Counted from the first letter of the stretch, positions 36,588 through 48,109 are shown. The stretch is DNA of 64,000 bases from an uncultured Muribaculaceae bacterium (GCA_964416365.1 CAYQDO010000001.1:4050-68049); one strand, 5' to 3'. Made by a program: numbers and translations. The notes: a model not told the origin generated them from the letters alone.

Positions 36588-37457
36588 CTATGCTATTTGT
36601 TTCATTACTTCTTCAGCAAAGTTATCATTTCTTTTTTCCATACCTTCGCCAACTTCATAACGAATCATTCTTAATACTTTACCATTATTATTTTTTACAT
36701 ATGTTTCAACGTCAATTTCGCCATCTTTAATGAACGGTTGATGAATTAAGCATATTTCTTTATAAAACTTATTAATTCTACCTTGAACCATTTTTTCAGC
36801 TATATCTTTAGGTTTTCCTTCATTAATAGCTTCTTCAGTCAAGATTTTCTTTTCTTTTTCTACAACCTCTGCAGGTACGTCTTCTTTTGATACATATTCC
36901 GGTTTCATAGCAGCTGCTTGCATTGCCACATCTTTAGCAACTTCTTCACTGCCACCTTCAAGAACAGTTAATACTGCTATTTTACCACCTAAATGTAAGT
37001 AAGCACCAAAATTTTCATTGTCATTTTTAATAACTACTTCAAATCTTCTGAATAATAATTTCTCGCCAATTTTAGCTGTTTTAGCAATTATAAAATCATT
37101 TATAGTTCCTGCACCACAAACTAAATTCATAGCTTCTTCCATAGTTGTAACATCTGATTTTAAGATTGTTTTACCAATAAGTTCAATCATTGAAGTAAAT
37201 TCTTCGTTTTTACTTACGAAATCGGTTTCACTATTTACTTCCATAATAACTGCCTTATTACCTTCTACAAAAATATTAGCTAAACCTTCTGCAGCAATTC
37301 TTTCAGCTTTCTTACTAGCTTTTGCAATTCCTTTTTCTCTTAAATAGTCAATTGCCGCATCAAGATTACCATTATTTTCTACTAAAGCATTACGACAATC
37401 AAGAATTCCAGCTCCGGTAATACTACGTAACTCTGCAACTAATTTTGAATCTATCAC
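36588..37457 (-). CDS. tsf: elongation factor Ts
   Basis: LVAELRSITGAGILDCRNAL. Confidence 0.9.
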   Translation of the reverse strand: MIDSKLVAELRSITGAGILDCRNALVENNGNLDAAIDYLREKGIAKASKKAERIAAEGLANIFVEGNKAVIMEVNSETDFVSKNEEFTSMIELIGKTILKSDVTTMEEAMNLVCGAGTINDFIIAKTAKIGEKLLFRRFEVVIKNDNENFGAYLHLGGKIAVLTVLEGGSEEVAKDVAMQAAAMKPEYVSKEDVPAEVVEKEKKILTEEAINEGKPKDIAEKMVQGRINKFYKEICLIHQPFIKDGEIDVETYVKNNNGKVLRMIRYEVGEGMEKRNDNFAEEVMKQIA

Positions 37458-37471
37458 TTGAACCAGCCTTT

Positions 37472-38410
37472 CTATTTTCTATTTAAAGCTTTAATTAGCT
37501 CATCTTTTTTCATTGTACTATATCCTTTGACGCTTGCTGCTTTAGCTAAATTTTTAAGTTCGGCAACAGTTTTTAAAGTTAAATCAGCTTCTTCCACTGC
37601 TTTTTCTTCAGCAATTGCAGCTTTAGTAGTTTCTTCATTTAATGATTCTATAACTACTTCTTTAACGGTCTTAGGTTGAAATTTTTCTTTCTTTGGTTTT
37701 TCTTCTTCAGTTACATAGTCAATCATATCTAGACCACGTGATTCACAGATAGCATTTGTTAATACTCCTAAAATAACTTTTACTGAACGAACAGCATCAT
37801 CATTTCCTGGAATAACAAAATCTACATCATCAGGGTCACAATTTGTGTCAACAATTCCGAAGATTGGAATATCTAAAATTCTTGCTTCTTTAACAGCATT
37901 TAACTCTTTTTTAGGATCGGTAATAATTAAAGCGTTTGGTAATTTTTCCATACTACGGATACCACAAAGTACTCTATTTAATTTTTCATATTCCTTCTTT
38001 AAACCAATAACTTCTTTTTTAGGTAAAACATCAAATAGACCATCAGCTTCCATTTTTTCAATTTCTTCTAGTCTTTTAACTCTTCTTCTGATAGTTCTGA
38101 AGTTAGTTAAAGTTCCACCCAACCATCTTTCAGTTACATAGTAAGAATTACTTCGACCTGCTTCATCCTTTGATGCTTCTTGAGCTTGTTTTTTTGTACC
38201 AACATATAGGAATGTTCCTCCATTGTCAGCAATCTTCTTAATTTCTGCATAAGATTTTTCAATACATTCTGCAGTCTTTTCTAGATTGATAATATAAATA
38301 TCATCTCTAGCTGTAAAGATGTATTCCTTCATTTTAGGATTCCATCTTTTTGTTTGGTGTCCAAAATGTACACCTGCTTCTAATAAGTAGTTCATTGAAA
38401 CTACAGCCAT
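37472..38410 (-). CDS. rpsB: 30S ribosomal protein S2 (with a ~60-aa C-terminal extension)
   Basis: [27 protein letters not shown]. 312 aa. Confidence 0.9.
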   Translation of the reverse strand: MAVVSMNYLLEAGVHFGHQTKRWNPKMKEYIFTARDDIYIINLEKTAECIEKSYAEIKKIADNGGTFLYVGTKKQAQEASKDEAGRSNSYYVTERWLGGTLTNFRTIRRRVKRLEEIEKMEADGLFDVLPKKEVIGLKKEYEKLNRVLCGIRSMEKLPNALIITDPKKELNAVKEARILDIPIFGIVDTNCDPDDVDFVIPGNDDAVRSVKVILGVLTNAICESRGLDMIDYVTEEEKPKKEKFQPKTVKEVVIESLNEETTKAAIAEEKAVEEADLTLKTVAELKNLAKAASVKGYSTMKKDELIKALNRK

Positions 38411-38525
38411 AAATACACTCTCCTTTTGTTATTCATCCATTTACCTCTTCTTAAATTGCTCAACCGTATGGCCACTAGAACAATCTAATCAGTAAATGTG
38501 CATATTTGGTTAAAAAACCATTATT

Positions 38526-38554
38526 ATTGTAGCAAACTATTCCTTTATTTACAA
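38526..38554 (-). promoter_or_regulatory. candidate sigma-A promoter for rpsB-tsf
   Basis: On the minus strand: TTGTAA, 17 nt, TACAAT, about 115 nt upstream of the rpsB start. Confidence 0.4.
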
Positions 38555-38581
38555 TAAATATATGACAAATTTTAAATTTCT

Positions 38582-39334
38582 TTATAAGTCTATATCAATA
38601 CTTACCGGACAATGATCACTGCCGTGTACATAATCATATATGACAGCATCTTTTAATTTATCCTTTAAATTTTCTGATATTAAGAAATAATCAATCCGCC
38701 ATCCAATATTATTTGGTCTTGCCATTCCCATATAACTCCACCAACTATATTTAATTATATCTGGATATAAGTATCTAAATGTATCAATAAAGCCATGATT
38801 TAATAAATTGGTAAATTTCTCTCTTTCTTCATATGTAAATCCCGCATTACCTATATTAGCCTTAGCATTCTTAAGGTCAATTTCATTATGGGCAACATTT
38901 AAATCCCCACAAATTATTACTGGTTTTGATTCTTCTAAATATTTTAGATATTTTAGAAACTGTTCTTCCCACATCATTCGGTAAGGAAGACGAGCCAAAT
39001 CACTTTTAACATTTGGGGTATAAACCGTAATTAAATAAAAATATGCAAATTCTAAAGTAATAACTCTGCCTTCATTATCTTCCATAAAACCATCTAGCCC
39101 AAAACTGACTTTTATTGGTTTTTGTTTAGTATAAACAAGTGTTCCCGAATATCCTTTTCTTTCGGCGGGGTTTAAATATTCATAATAATTTTCCGCATCA
39201 AATTCTATCTGATTTTTTTCAGCTTTTACCTCTTGCAAGCAAAAAATATCGGCATTTATTTCATAGAAAAAATCTTTAAAACCTTTTTTTAAAGCTGCTC
39301 TAAATCCTGCTACATTCCAAGAAATTATTTTCAT
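38582..39334 (-). CDS. xth: exodeoxyribonuclease III (EEP family)
   Basis: MKIISWNVAGFRA...C-terminal SDHCPV. Confidence 0.85.
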   Translation of the reverse strand: MKIISWNVAGFRAALKKGFKDFFYEINADIFCLQEVKAEKNQIEFDAENYYEYLNPAERKGYSGTLVYTKQKPIKVSFGLDGFMEDNEGRVITLEFAYFYLITVYTPNVKSDLARLPYRMMWEEQFLKYLKYLEESKPVIICGDLNVAHNEIDLKNAKANIGNAGFTYEEREKFTNLLNHGFIDTFRYLYPDIIKYSWWSYMGMARPNNIGWRIDYFLISENLKDKLKDAVIYDYVHGSDHCPVSIDIDL

Positions 39335-39377
39335 ATTATCACCTTGTTATTAATATATCATAATAAAAAAAGATATT

Positions 39378-40328
39378 CTATATCTTAGAGTATCTTATTT
39401 TTAATATAAATGGGTCTATTTTTCTTACTTTAACTGGTTCTCTTTCTTCGTTTGGATTATAACTTAAATTAATGAATCTGTCATACTTCGATTTTACTTC
39501 TAAGTCTTTTAAATTGTTTTCAACTATTTTAAAAACATCCAAATCTGTGAGTATATATAAATCTTTATAATTTATGATTTTTTTATTTATTAATACCCCA
39601 ACTAAATCAGACAAATAAAGCATTGAAAAATAATCTTTATCACTATGAGTTTCCTCGTTTATTAGTTCATTTAATTCTACAATTTGGTCGGCATCAACTA
39701 GATCAATAAAACTTAACTCCTCTTCATTATCTTCATTAACTACTAAAATCGTATTTTGATATAATTTTTTGATTTCGGACAAATTGGTTTTTTGAGTCCA
39801 TACTAAACTAGTTAAAAATATGCCATCTAATCTGTCTGCACACATACGCGGTCTTTTACAATCGATTATCGGAATATTTTTATAATTAGCAATATCTTTT
39901 AAACTAATATGATAAGTATCTAGTAATCTCATTAATCCTTTATCATTTACTAAAAACTCCTCAAGATCTATTTCGGTACTTTCCTGATTTTTAAAATCTT
40001 TATTATAATAATCTATTGCGTGTCTAAAAGCCGGACTACTCGCATCATGAAATAAAGCTGCTAAGGTCTTCTTTACATCATGAGTCATATTCCAAACCAT
40101 TAAAGCTGTGCTTATTGAATGATCTAAAGTAGATAAATAATATTTAAAATGGTAATAATCCGGATTGCCATGATCCATTCCACAAAAATAACCAATGGCC
40201 TTTAGTCTCATCATAGTGGTTGTTTCAATAAAAGGAATTAAGAAAGATGGAAAGACAGGACTTAATATTTTAAAATATTTTTTTATCTCCGGATTTAAAT
40301 TATCATAATATTCTGTAAACTTAGACAT
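39378..40328 (-). CDS. hypothetical protein (possible HD-like metal-binding domain)
   Basis: 316 aa with LFHDASSPAFRH. Weak. Confidence 0.3.
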   Translation of the reverse strand: MSKFTEYYDNLNPEIKKYFKILSPVFPSFLIPFIETTTMMRLKAIGYFCGMDHGNPDYYHFKYYLSTLDHSISTALMVWNMTHDVKKTLAALFHDASSPAFRHAIDYYNKDFKNQESTEIDLEEFLVNDKGLMRLLDTYHISLKDIANYKNIPIIDCKRPRMCADRLDGIFLTSLVWTQKTNLSEIKKLYQNTILVVNEDNEEELSFIDLVDADQIVELNELINEETHSDKDYFSMLYLSDLVGVLINKKIINYKDLYILTDLDVFKIVENNLKDLEVKSKYDRFINLSYNPNEEREPVKVRKIDPFILKIRYSKI

Positions 40329-40378
40329 GTCATCACCTAGGTAATTACTCTAACCTAAAAGTGATGAAAAGTAAACAT

Positions 40379-41509
40379 CTATCCCCCTATTAAGATACTA
40401 TTTAAATTTCTTTTATATAAATCCCAGATATTTGCTTTAGCTACGTTGTTTTTAACCGTAATATCAAAATTAGTAATAATCTTTCCTGATTCAACTATTT
40501 CCAGTTTACCAACTATATCTCCTACTTTGACAGGTGCTTTAATAGGTTTAACAATTATATTATAAGTATATTTTTTTTCTTCATTGATATTTTCTAAATT
40601 GGTAGCATCTTGCTTTAAAACTATATCCACATTTTTAACTTTACCTTTAATTACTTCAACTTTTCCTAAAATCTTTTTAGTATCCAAGATTGTTTTTACT
40701 TTATAATTACTAAATCCATAGTTTAATAGATTAATAGTATCATTGTTTCTTGACTTAGATGTAGGTTCTTTCATAACAACACTGATTAAACGCATATTAT
40801 TTCTTTTAGCCGTAGATGTTAAGCAATATCCAGCATTATCAGTAAATCCGGTTTTTAAGCCATCCAAACCATTATAATATTTGATTAACTTATTGGTATT
40901 AACCATCCAAGTTGATGTTCCATCTGGTTTCTTTAAATATTCTTCATAGATAGTGGTATACTCAAAAATCTTTTCATGTTTAACTAGTTCTCTAGCAATT
41001 AAAGCCATATCTTTTGCTGAAGAAAAATGATTGTTTTCATCTAACCCATGAACATTCATGAAATTAGTATTAGAGCACCCTAGTTCTTTGCAGCGATTAT
41101 TCATTTTAGCTAAGAAAGCACCTTCTGTACCGGCAATATGCTCTGCCATTGCCACTGATGCATCATTAGCACTCGCAATAGCAATACTTTTTATGAGATC
41201 TTCTACTTTCATTTTACTACCTGCTTCCAAAAATACCTGACTTCCACCCATACTAGTTGCATTATGGGATATTAATACTTCTTCATTTAGAGTTAGTTTT
41301 CCTGATTCTAATGTTTCCATAATTAATAACATGGTCATTAATTTGGTCATACTAGCTGGAGCAAGTTGTTCATTACTTTGTTTTTCATAAAGAATTTTAC
41401 CAGTACTAGCTTCCATCAATATACTCGATACAGCTGTTGGCGAGAACTCTTCAGCCTTTACCATTACTGGTATTAAAAGGATTAATAAGGCCAATATAAT
41501 TTTTTTCAT
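40379..41509 (-). CDS. dacA: D-alanyl-D-alanine carboxypeptidase (PBP5-type)
   Basis: Signal peptide, SMTK (SxxK), SGN-like and KTG (LKTGFTDNAG) motifs. Confidence 0.8.
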   Translation of the reverse strand: MKKIILALLILLIPVMVKAEEFSPTAVSSILMEASTGKILYEKQSNEQLAPASMTKLMTMLLIMETLESGKLTLNEEVLISHNATSMGGSQVFLEAGSKMKVEDLIKSIAIASANDASVAMAEHIAGTEGAFLAKMNNRCKELGCSNTNFMNVHGLDENNHFSSAKDMALIARELVKHEKIFEYTTIYEEYLKKPDGTSTWMVNTNKLIKYYNGLDGLKTGFTDNAGYCLTSTAKRNNMRLISVVMKEPTSKSRNNDTINLLNYGFSNYKVKTILDTKKILGKVEVIKGKVKNVDIVLKQDATNLENINEEKKYTYNIIVKPIKAPVKVGDIVGKLEIVESGKIITNFDITVKNNVAKANIWDLYKRNLNSILIGG

Positions 41510-41564
41510 AACTTCACCTATAAAATATTATTCTAAAGGAATATTTTTTATTAAAAAAAAAGAA

Positions 41565-42482
41565 CTAATTGTTCTTTTTATACTTAAATGACTGATGTAG
41601 TTTATCTAATGTTTCTCGATATTCATAGTTTCTGACTGGTAAACCTAATTCTAATTTTTTCGTTAAACCATATTCATCTGACACTTTGTCTTCTAAATAA
41701 AATTGATTATCATCATAGAAATTTTGTTTTTTCCAGAAATCATCATGATGAAAATTATGTAAATACGTTGGTGTTGGTGCTTCTACTTTTGGACTTCGGT
41801 AAGTATAACCGCTTAATAGTTCTTCAAGTAGCGAAGCAAGTTCAAACTGAATTAGATTTGGTACAGCTACATCAATTAATTCCATTAACTTAATTATTTT
41901 TTTAGTAGCATTAATTTTCGTGTAACGTTCCAAAGGATTTAAGTTGATGTGTTCTTGATAATTAACAAAAATTCTATATACTAAATCGGGATTAGATATT
42001 TTTTTATTTCGCAGCATTTCTCTTAGTTCTTGGGGGGTTAAATAATCGGAAAAGCATACTTTTAACAATTTAGCTTCAAACCCCTCATCTTTAGATAAAA
42101 TTATCTTATTTACATTGACATTTTCGATCTCTCTTAAAACTCTTTTTAAAATTCGAGCATTAATATAAAAAGGTCTTTCAAAACCATTGAAATGGTTATA
42201 ATATGGATCATATTGGTAATGATATGACGTATTTAAATTGAATTTCAAGTTATTATTAACTGCATTATAAGAGATAGATAAATCATCATTACTATTTAAA
42301 TTTCTATCAAATTCAATTTTTTTTAGATAATCTTTTAAATCTTCATTTTCCATAATGATATTTAATATTTTATTAATAAAAGAGTTATCAATTAGCTTAC
42401 CTTTTTTAGAATACTCAAAAAATAATGTTATTATTGCCTTTTGCATAGTAACCCCCTCTTTTAAGTTCTGGTATTTTACCAT
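41565..42482 (-). CDS. hypothetical protein
   Basis: 305 aa with no motif recognised. Confidence 0.4.
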   Translation of the reverse strand: MVKYQNLKEGVTMQKAIITLFFEYSKKGKLIDNSFINKILNIIMENEDLKDYLKKIEFDRNLNSNDDLSISYNAVNNNLKFNLNTSYHYQYDPYYNHFNGFERPFYINARILKRVLREIENVNVNKIILSKDEGFEAKLLKVCFSDYLTPQELREMLRNKKISNPDLVYRIFVNYQEHINLNPLERYTKINATKKIIKLMELIDVAVPNLIQFELASLLEELLSGYTYRSPKVEAPTPTYLHNFHHDDFWKKQNFYDDNQFYLEDKVSDEYGLTKKLELGLPVRNYEYRETLDKLHQSFKYKKNN

Positions 42483-42524
42483 TTTTTAGTAAAAAAGTCA
42501 AAAAAGGAATATTTCTATTCCTTT

Positions 42525-43061
42525 TTAGTAGGCATATGTTCCATGAATCTTTTCAAGTTGTTCATTGGACAAAGTATCTACAGTCCAGACATTATTTACT
42601 TTGGTTAGAGTAAAATCTATGTTATATTCTACCCGGTCATTTGCTTTTTTAAGTTCACCTATACGATATTTTAAAGCTGCATTAGCACTATAAACGTTAT
42701 CTTCATAAAATTCAGTTTGATGGGTACTGATATAATCATTAATATCTTTTTCGGCAGTATAATAGTCATAAACTTTTACTTGAACAGTTACTACGGCATT
42801 AGCACCATTAATCTTTTCATCAGTAATTTTATATGTCATGTCTGAATATTGTCTTAAATAGACATTTTCATAACCCTTTTGATTATCTTCATCTAAATCA
42901 AGAGAACTTAAATAATCACCTAATTCCGTTTTGACAACATCAGCATTATTATTATACCTTTTTAATAATTCTTCAACTTTAGTAGAAGGTGTGTTCCCCA
43001 TCCCACATCCAGTTACCAAAAATAAAAACAGTAAACCTATTAACCAAAAACTTTTTTTCAT
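42525..43061 (-). CDS. lipoprotein, hypothetical
   Basis: Lipobox LLVTG|C after the signal peptide. Confidence 0.5.
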   Translation of the reverse strand: MKKSFWLIGLLFLFLVTGCGMGNTPSTKVEELLKRYNNNADVVKTELGDYLSSLDLDEDNQKGYENVYLRQYSDMTYKITDEKINGANAVVTVQVKVYDYYTAEKDINDYISTHQTEFYEDNVYSANAALKYRIGELKKANDRVEYNIDFTLTKVNNVWTVDTLSNEQLEKIHGTYAY

Positions 43062-43142
43062 ACTAATCTCCTTTTTTTTATAATATGGATAAATATTTTA
43101 AAATTATGCATCTTGTGATACAATTAAACTTAGGTGATATAC

Positions 43143-44132
43143 ATGAAAAGATTACTATCAGGAATAAAACCCAATGGTGAATTACATATAGGACATTATA
43201 TCGGAGCCTTAACTCATTTCATTAAGATGCAAAAAGATTATGAATCTTTTGTTTTTGTAGCTGATCTACATTCTTTAACAGTTAATCCAGATCCTAAAGA
43301 ATTGAAGAATAACATTAAAGAGATGGTCGGACTTTATTTGGCTTGTGGACTTGATCCTGAACACACTTATTTATTTAATCAATCAGAAAATATTTATCAT
43401 CCTATGCTTTCATGGGCTCTAGAGTGTCACAGTTATATGGGCGAAATGAATCGTATGACTCAATTCAAGGAAAAAAGTCGCAATAAAAGTAATGAGGCTA
43501 TTACTTGTGGTTTATTTACCTATCCTATTTTAATGGCAGCCGATATATTGATTTATGATGCCGATGTTGTTCCAGTTGGTGAAGATCAAAAACAGCATGT
43601 GGAATTAACAAGAAATATTGCGGAAAGATTTAATAATCGTTATGGTCAAACTTTTAAGATTCCTGAACCGATTATTGCAGAAACTGGGGCAAGAATTATG
43701 GATTTACAAAATCCTACTAAAAAAATGAGTAAATCCACCGAGAATCCTAAAGGAGTTGTATTCTTATTAGAAGATTTAGAATCAGCTCGCAAGAAAATTA
43801 TGAGCGCTGTTACTGATTCAGATAATATAATTAAATATGATTCGGAAAACAAACCTGGTATTGCTAATTTAATAACTATTTATACATGTCTAACTAATAA
43901 AAGCATTTCAGAAGTTGAAGAGATTTTTCAAAATGATAACTATGGTACTTTCAAAAGCAAAGTTGCTGATGAGGTTATAAAACTATTACAAAAGATTCAA
44001 GAAAGATATAATGAAATAATTAAAGGCAATTATATTGATGAAGTTTTAAACCAAGGGCTACAAAGAGCTGAAGAAATAGCTAAGAAAAAAGCTATAGAAG
44101 TTTATCAAAAACTAGGTGTAGGAAGATATTAA
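43143..44132 (+). CDS. trpS: tryptophanyl-tRNA synthetase
   Basis: NGELHIGHYIGAL (HIGH motif) and KKMSKS. RBS AGGTGA precedes the ATG at 43143. Confidence 0.9.
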   Translation: MKRLLSGIKPNGELHIGHYIGALTHFIKMQKDYESFVFVADLHSLTVNPDPKELKNNIKEMVGLYLACGLDPEHTYLFNQSENIYHPMLSWALECHSYMGEMNRMTQFKEKSRNKSNEAITCGLFTYPILMAADILIYDADVVPVGEDQKQHVELTRNIAERFNNRYGQTFKIPEPIIAETGARIMDLQNPTKKMSKSTENPKGVVFLLEDLESARKKIMSAVTDSDNIIKYDSENKPGIANLITIYTCLTNKSISEVEEIFQNDNYGTFKSKVADEVIKLLQKIQERYNEIIKGNYIDEVLNQGLQRAEEIAKKKAIEVYQKLGVGRY

Positions 44133-44163
44133 GCTTCCTTTTTTTTGACAATAAAAAAGAAGC

Positions 44164-44433
44164 TTAAGCTTCTTCCTTTATTTCTTCAATATCATTTATT
44201 AAATTAGAAGTAAATACCGCAGTTAAATATTTCATTTTTTCAGCATCAGTTACTTCATCTAAATAAAAATCTTCGCCATCTTTGATTTCTTCAAAAATAC
44301 AAGCTTCTGTAGTTATTTCTTCGTTTTCATCTAATTTATTAGCTAGAAAATATTTAATACCGTTTTGAACTGTTTCATCAGCCAAATAGTATTTTTCGTT
44401 ACCTTCCAAAGTTACAATAGTATCTAATTTCAT
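44164..44433 (-). CDS. small acidic protein (DUF1292/UPF0473-like)
   Basis: 89 aa, very acidic. Confidence 0.35.
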   Translation of the reverse strand: MKLDTIVTLEGNEKYYLADETVQNGIKYFLANKLDENEEITTEACIFEEIKDGEDFYLDEVTDAEKMKYLTAVFTSNLINDIEEIKEEA

Positions 44434-44434
44434 T

Positions 44435-46252
44435 TTATCTTCCTCCCATTCTCGTTTGTGATTCCTTAGAATAATTAGGAGTATTTATCATTTGTTCTTT
44501 ATTATTAGGATTTAAGCCTTGATCTAATAACATTCTTTGAACTCTTAATACACTATTATCAATATCATCAGTTATAATATTGTCCACTTCATTATTAGCA
44601 ACCATTTCTTGATCTTCTTCGGCTATTACTTGATCTGAAATATCGCCTTCATTCATAACTTCATTTCTATCCTCTGGCGATAATGCCGGATCATTAGCTT
44701 TTTCTTTTACTTTTCTATTAAATACTCTAAATACATTTTTTAATGTATTTTGAGCTCGATTACCCATACGCTGTAAAATGGTAGGTTCATTTAAATTTCG
44801 TTTGACATTAGCATATTTAGTATATTCTAGATAAATATATGAAGCAGCTTGATATAGTCCAAGCGGCAATCCAATTCCAGGGATAGCTATTACTTGGGAT
44901 ATAACTGCTATAGTACCAACAGTTCTAAATAATATTCCTAGTTTATCCATATGTAAATTAGCTGGTTTTTGATCTTTGACATATTTACCACGTTTTGTTG
45001 CTGGTTTAATATCATTTTGTTGTTGATCAACTATATTATCTTGAGGTAATGTCTGTTCTGACACAGTAGTAGTTACTGAGTCTTCACTCATTTCTTTATT
45101 TTCTTCTTTTTTGGCTTCTTGATTTTGGTTTAAATCTACCTTTTTAGCATCAAATAATGATGCTTCATATAGATTATCACCCATATTGTTCAATTTATAA
45201 TAAGTTATGCCATCCTTAATTACAACATCAGCAATTTTATATTCTTTATCAAATTCTAAATCTCCTCTAGTGATGTTAGAATTTCTATCTACTCCAGGAC
45301 CACCATTATAAACAACAACATCATCGTATTTTCTAATATCTTCTGGTATTTGTATTGGTTTTGGTAGAGGAGGAATATCTATTTTTGAATCAAATCTTGG
45401 AACACCTTCATTTATTTTAGGAGTAGTCTCTGGTTTAATGTCTTTCTTTACTGAAATATCTATATTATCTTTACGTCTTAGCCCCAATGCCTCTAAAGCA
45501 TTGTTATAATTTTTAGTATTAGATAAAAATTTATTATGATTAGCTTTAAACTCATTACGAGTCTTTAATATATTGTTAAATTCATCTATTAAAGTTTTCT
45601 TGGTTTCAGATGTTAAATCAGACATCATTAAATAATCATAGACACCTTTAAAATCTTGGCCAAGTTTATCTATAAAGTTGGCATCAAAATTTTGATTAAA
45701 TCTATTCTCTTGAGTAGCCGCAACTTTTTTAGCATTTCTGATTGCTTCTACATTAGGACCGTTATATTTTTTTAATAAATCTATTGCTTTTTCCATTTTT
45801 TGTTCAGGAGTTAATGTAGTATTATCATCTAAGGCATCTATAGCCGCTTTTGTCTCAGCTCTAAATGCTTCAGCTTCTGCTACACGATCGACAGCTTGTA
45901 ATATACCTAATTTTCCTTTAATATCATTTAACATTGTTTTGAAACGGGTATCATTTAAATTAAAATGAGAATCTCTAGAAACAATATTAGTTATTTTATC
46001 TAAAAAAACGCGTACGTCCATTCTAAGCTTGATTGTTAGTTCTTCCATATTGCCTAATTTTGCTTCTAAAACTCTTAAATTTTCATACACCTTGATTGGT
46101 TCTAGACTGCCGCGAGCAATCTTTTCAGTTTGTTCTCTAAGAATCTTAAAATTAGTAACAATATAGCCATCTTTTTCAATCGTATTGATAAATTTCAGTA
46201 TTTGATCCATACCTGGATTTTCATTTGATTTATTAATTTCTTCTGTGGTCAT
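44435..46252 (-). CDS. large hypothetical protein with a C-terminal transmembrane hairpin
   Basis: 605 aa, mostly hydrophilic and coiled-coil-like, with one hydrophobic hairpin (LGILFRTVGTIAVISQVIAIPGIGLPLGLY) about 130 aa from the C-terminus. Confidence 0.4.
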   Translation of the reverse strand: MTTEEINKSNENPGMDQILKFINTIEKDGYIVTNFKILREQTEKIARGSLEPIKVYENLRVLEAKLGNMEELTIKLRMDVRVFLDKITNIVSRDSHFNLNDTRFKTMLNDIKGKLGILQAVDRVAEAEAFRAETKAAIDALDDNTTLTPEQKMEKAIDLLKKYNGPNVEAIRNAKKVAATQENRFNQNFDANFIDKLGQDFKGVYDYLMMSDLTSETKKTLIDEFNNILKTRNEFKANHNKFLSNTKNYNNALEALGLRRKDNIDISVKKDIKPETTPKINEGVPRFDSKIDIPPLPKPIQIPEDIRKYDDVVVYNGGPGVDRNSNITRGDLEFDKEYKIADVVIKDGITYYKLNNMGDNLYEASLFDAKKVDLNQNQEAKKEENKEMSEDSVTTTVSEQTLPQDNIVDQQQNDIKPATKRGKYVKDQKPANLHMDKLGILFRTVGTIAVISQVIAIPGIGLPLGLYQAASYIYLEYTKYANVKRNLNEPTILQRMGNRAQNTLKNVFRVFNRKVKEKANDPALSPEDRNEVMNEGDISDQVIAEEDQEMVANNEVDNIITDDIDNSVLRVQRMLLDQGLNPNNKEQMINTPNYSKESQTRMGGR

Positions 46253-46324
46253 TTTTCAACCTCTCCTTTTACGCCCTTACACTATGTTAATTTTATCATG
46301 CGTATAAATAAAATGCAAATATTT

Positions 46325-48085
46325 TTAAGTCTCGTTATTAGTTTTTAAATATATCGACACATATCCGCATCGATGCTTTTCATAATAACCGGTATTTTCT
46401 AATTCAGTCATCAAAGTCATATTATCAAAATTTCTTAAATCTACAACCATATAATCAGTTTTATGCTTGGATGGATACATATAAACAGTTTCATATTTAC
46501 TTAAATATGGTGTTAAATATGTCGTTGCAGTTATTGTCGCATTTTTGGGAAGTAAATCTAAACATGCCCTAGTTTGATTATGTGGTTCGGGATTCTTAAT
46601 TTGATAAGTAACAAACTTATAATAATTTAAATTTATGTCTAAATAAAGTGCCGAAACAAAACTTAACATTAGCAAAATAGTTTTGTTCTTATGATTCATA
46701 TTAGAAATATTCATAATCATGGCGTAAAATATCAAAGCCACTATTCCATAAGTATATTGAAAATCAGGATTATATTGATAGACATAACCTGGCATTAAAT
46801 TAATTACCAGAATCGGTGCTAAAAGTAATAGATTGGAAATTTTCTTGTTCATAAATGGAATGAAAAAAACTGGTAATAGCATCCATAATAAAAATTCAAA
46901 TTTTCTCACACTTAATATTTGCGTAAACATAAAACCAAAGTTTAACATTAAAGTTTTAATTAGTCCTAAGAAACCAGATGATCCCCCAGAAAAATAATTA
47001 TTAAAACGATCGGTCATAATTTCTCCACCGTAAAGTTTAATTACACTTGTAGCAAATAAGAAATACATAGCTCCCACTAAAAAGATAAATAACCCTTTTT
47101 TGATAGTCTTTCGATCATAAAATGTTTTATATAAACCAATAAACATTATATATAATGCCGCATCCTCTTTAACCATTAGAGATAAAAACATAAAAATTAG
47201 CATCGGTATTTTTTGTTTGGTTTCTAAAAAATACCCGAACCATAACAATAAAGCTGTTAAAAACTTATTCTCATGAAAATCAAAGAATCCCCCTGCCGTA
47301 AGTGATGGATATAATAAATAGATAAATGCTATTAACAAAATATAGACATTATTTAATTTCTTTTGTTTTGCTAATAAGTAAATGGGATAAACACCAGAAA
47401 AAATAAATGCTGCTTGAATTACCAAAAGATATTCCGGACATCTGAATAGAAAGTACCCCGGCAACAATAAATAATATATTGGAGAAAAATGCACGGCAAA
47501 GTGGGACAAAAGCCCATCTCTTTCTAAAGTAGTTAAAGGTCTTCCCACTTTAGCCAGATATTCAAACATTTGCGCAAAAATCCCGAAATCATAGGTTGAA
47601 GCACCAAATCCTTGATAACGCATAATCGTATGACGAGCTAAAAAATAAGTAAATATTAGAAAACCTATACTGATTAGAGTTAGCAATAATTTGTCACTAA
47701 TTTTTATCTTTTGAATAGAAATTACATTATTAAATGCATAAAAGATCACAATGGCATTGAAAATAATAATTCCAAGCGTAAAATATAAATTATCATTATA
47801 ATTGAGCATTAATGTTACAGAAAAGACACAAACACTTAAAACTAATGCCCAAGCCGATCTTTTTTTTAATTGTTCTTTTTTACCAAAAAAGATAATTCCT
47901 AAAAAAAATAACAACCACATTAAAATGAATCCTGCTATATTTACTTCTTCTCCATAATCTAACCAATAAAACTGATTACTATTGAGTAATATTTGTACTG
48001 CGCTAGTCATAAAAAAAGAACTAAATATGGTAGTCAAAAAACTCTCGAGAATATATTTTTTATACTGCAAATATATCTTTTTCAT
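46325..48085 (-). CDS. polytopic membrane protein (DUF2079-like, putative glycosyl-lipid transferase-like)
   Basis: 586 aa with more than 12 TM segments. Confidence 0.4.
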   Translation of the reverse strand: MKKIYLQYKKYILESFLTTIFSSFFMTSAVQILLNSNQFYWLDYGEEVNIAGFILMWLLFFLGIIFFGKKEQLKKRSAWALVLSVCVFSVTLMLNYNDNLYFTLGIIIFNAIVIFYAFNNVISIQKIKISDKLLLTLISIGFLIFTYFLARHTIMRYQGFGASTYDFGIFAQMFEYLAKVGRPLTTLERDGLLSHFAVHFSPIYYLLLPGYFLFRCPEYLLVIQAAFIFSGVYPIYLLAKQKKLNNVYILLIAFIYLLYPSLTAGGFFDFHENKFLTALLLWFGYFLETKQKIPMLIFMFLSLMVKEDAALYIMFIGLYKTFYDRKTIKKGLFIFLVGAMYFLFATSVIKLYGGEIMTDRFNNYFSGGSSGFLGLIKTLMLNFGFMFTQILSVRKFEFLLWMLLPVFFIPFMNKKISNLLLLAPILVINLMPGYVYQYNPDFQYTYGIVALIFYAMIMNISNMNHKNKTILLMLSFVSALYLDINLNYYKFVTYQIKNPEPHNQTRACLDLLPKNATITATTYLTPYLSKYETVYMYPSKHKTDYMVVDLRNFDNMTLMTELENTGYYEKHRCGYVSIYLKTNNET

Positions 48086-48109
48086 AGCACCACCTTAGTT
48101 CTTACTTTT

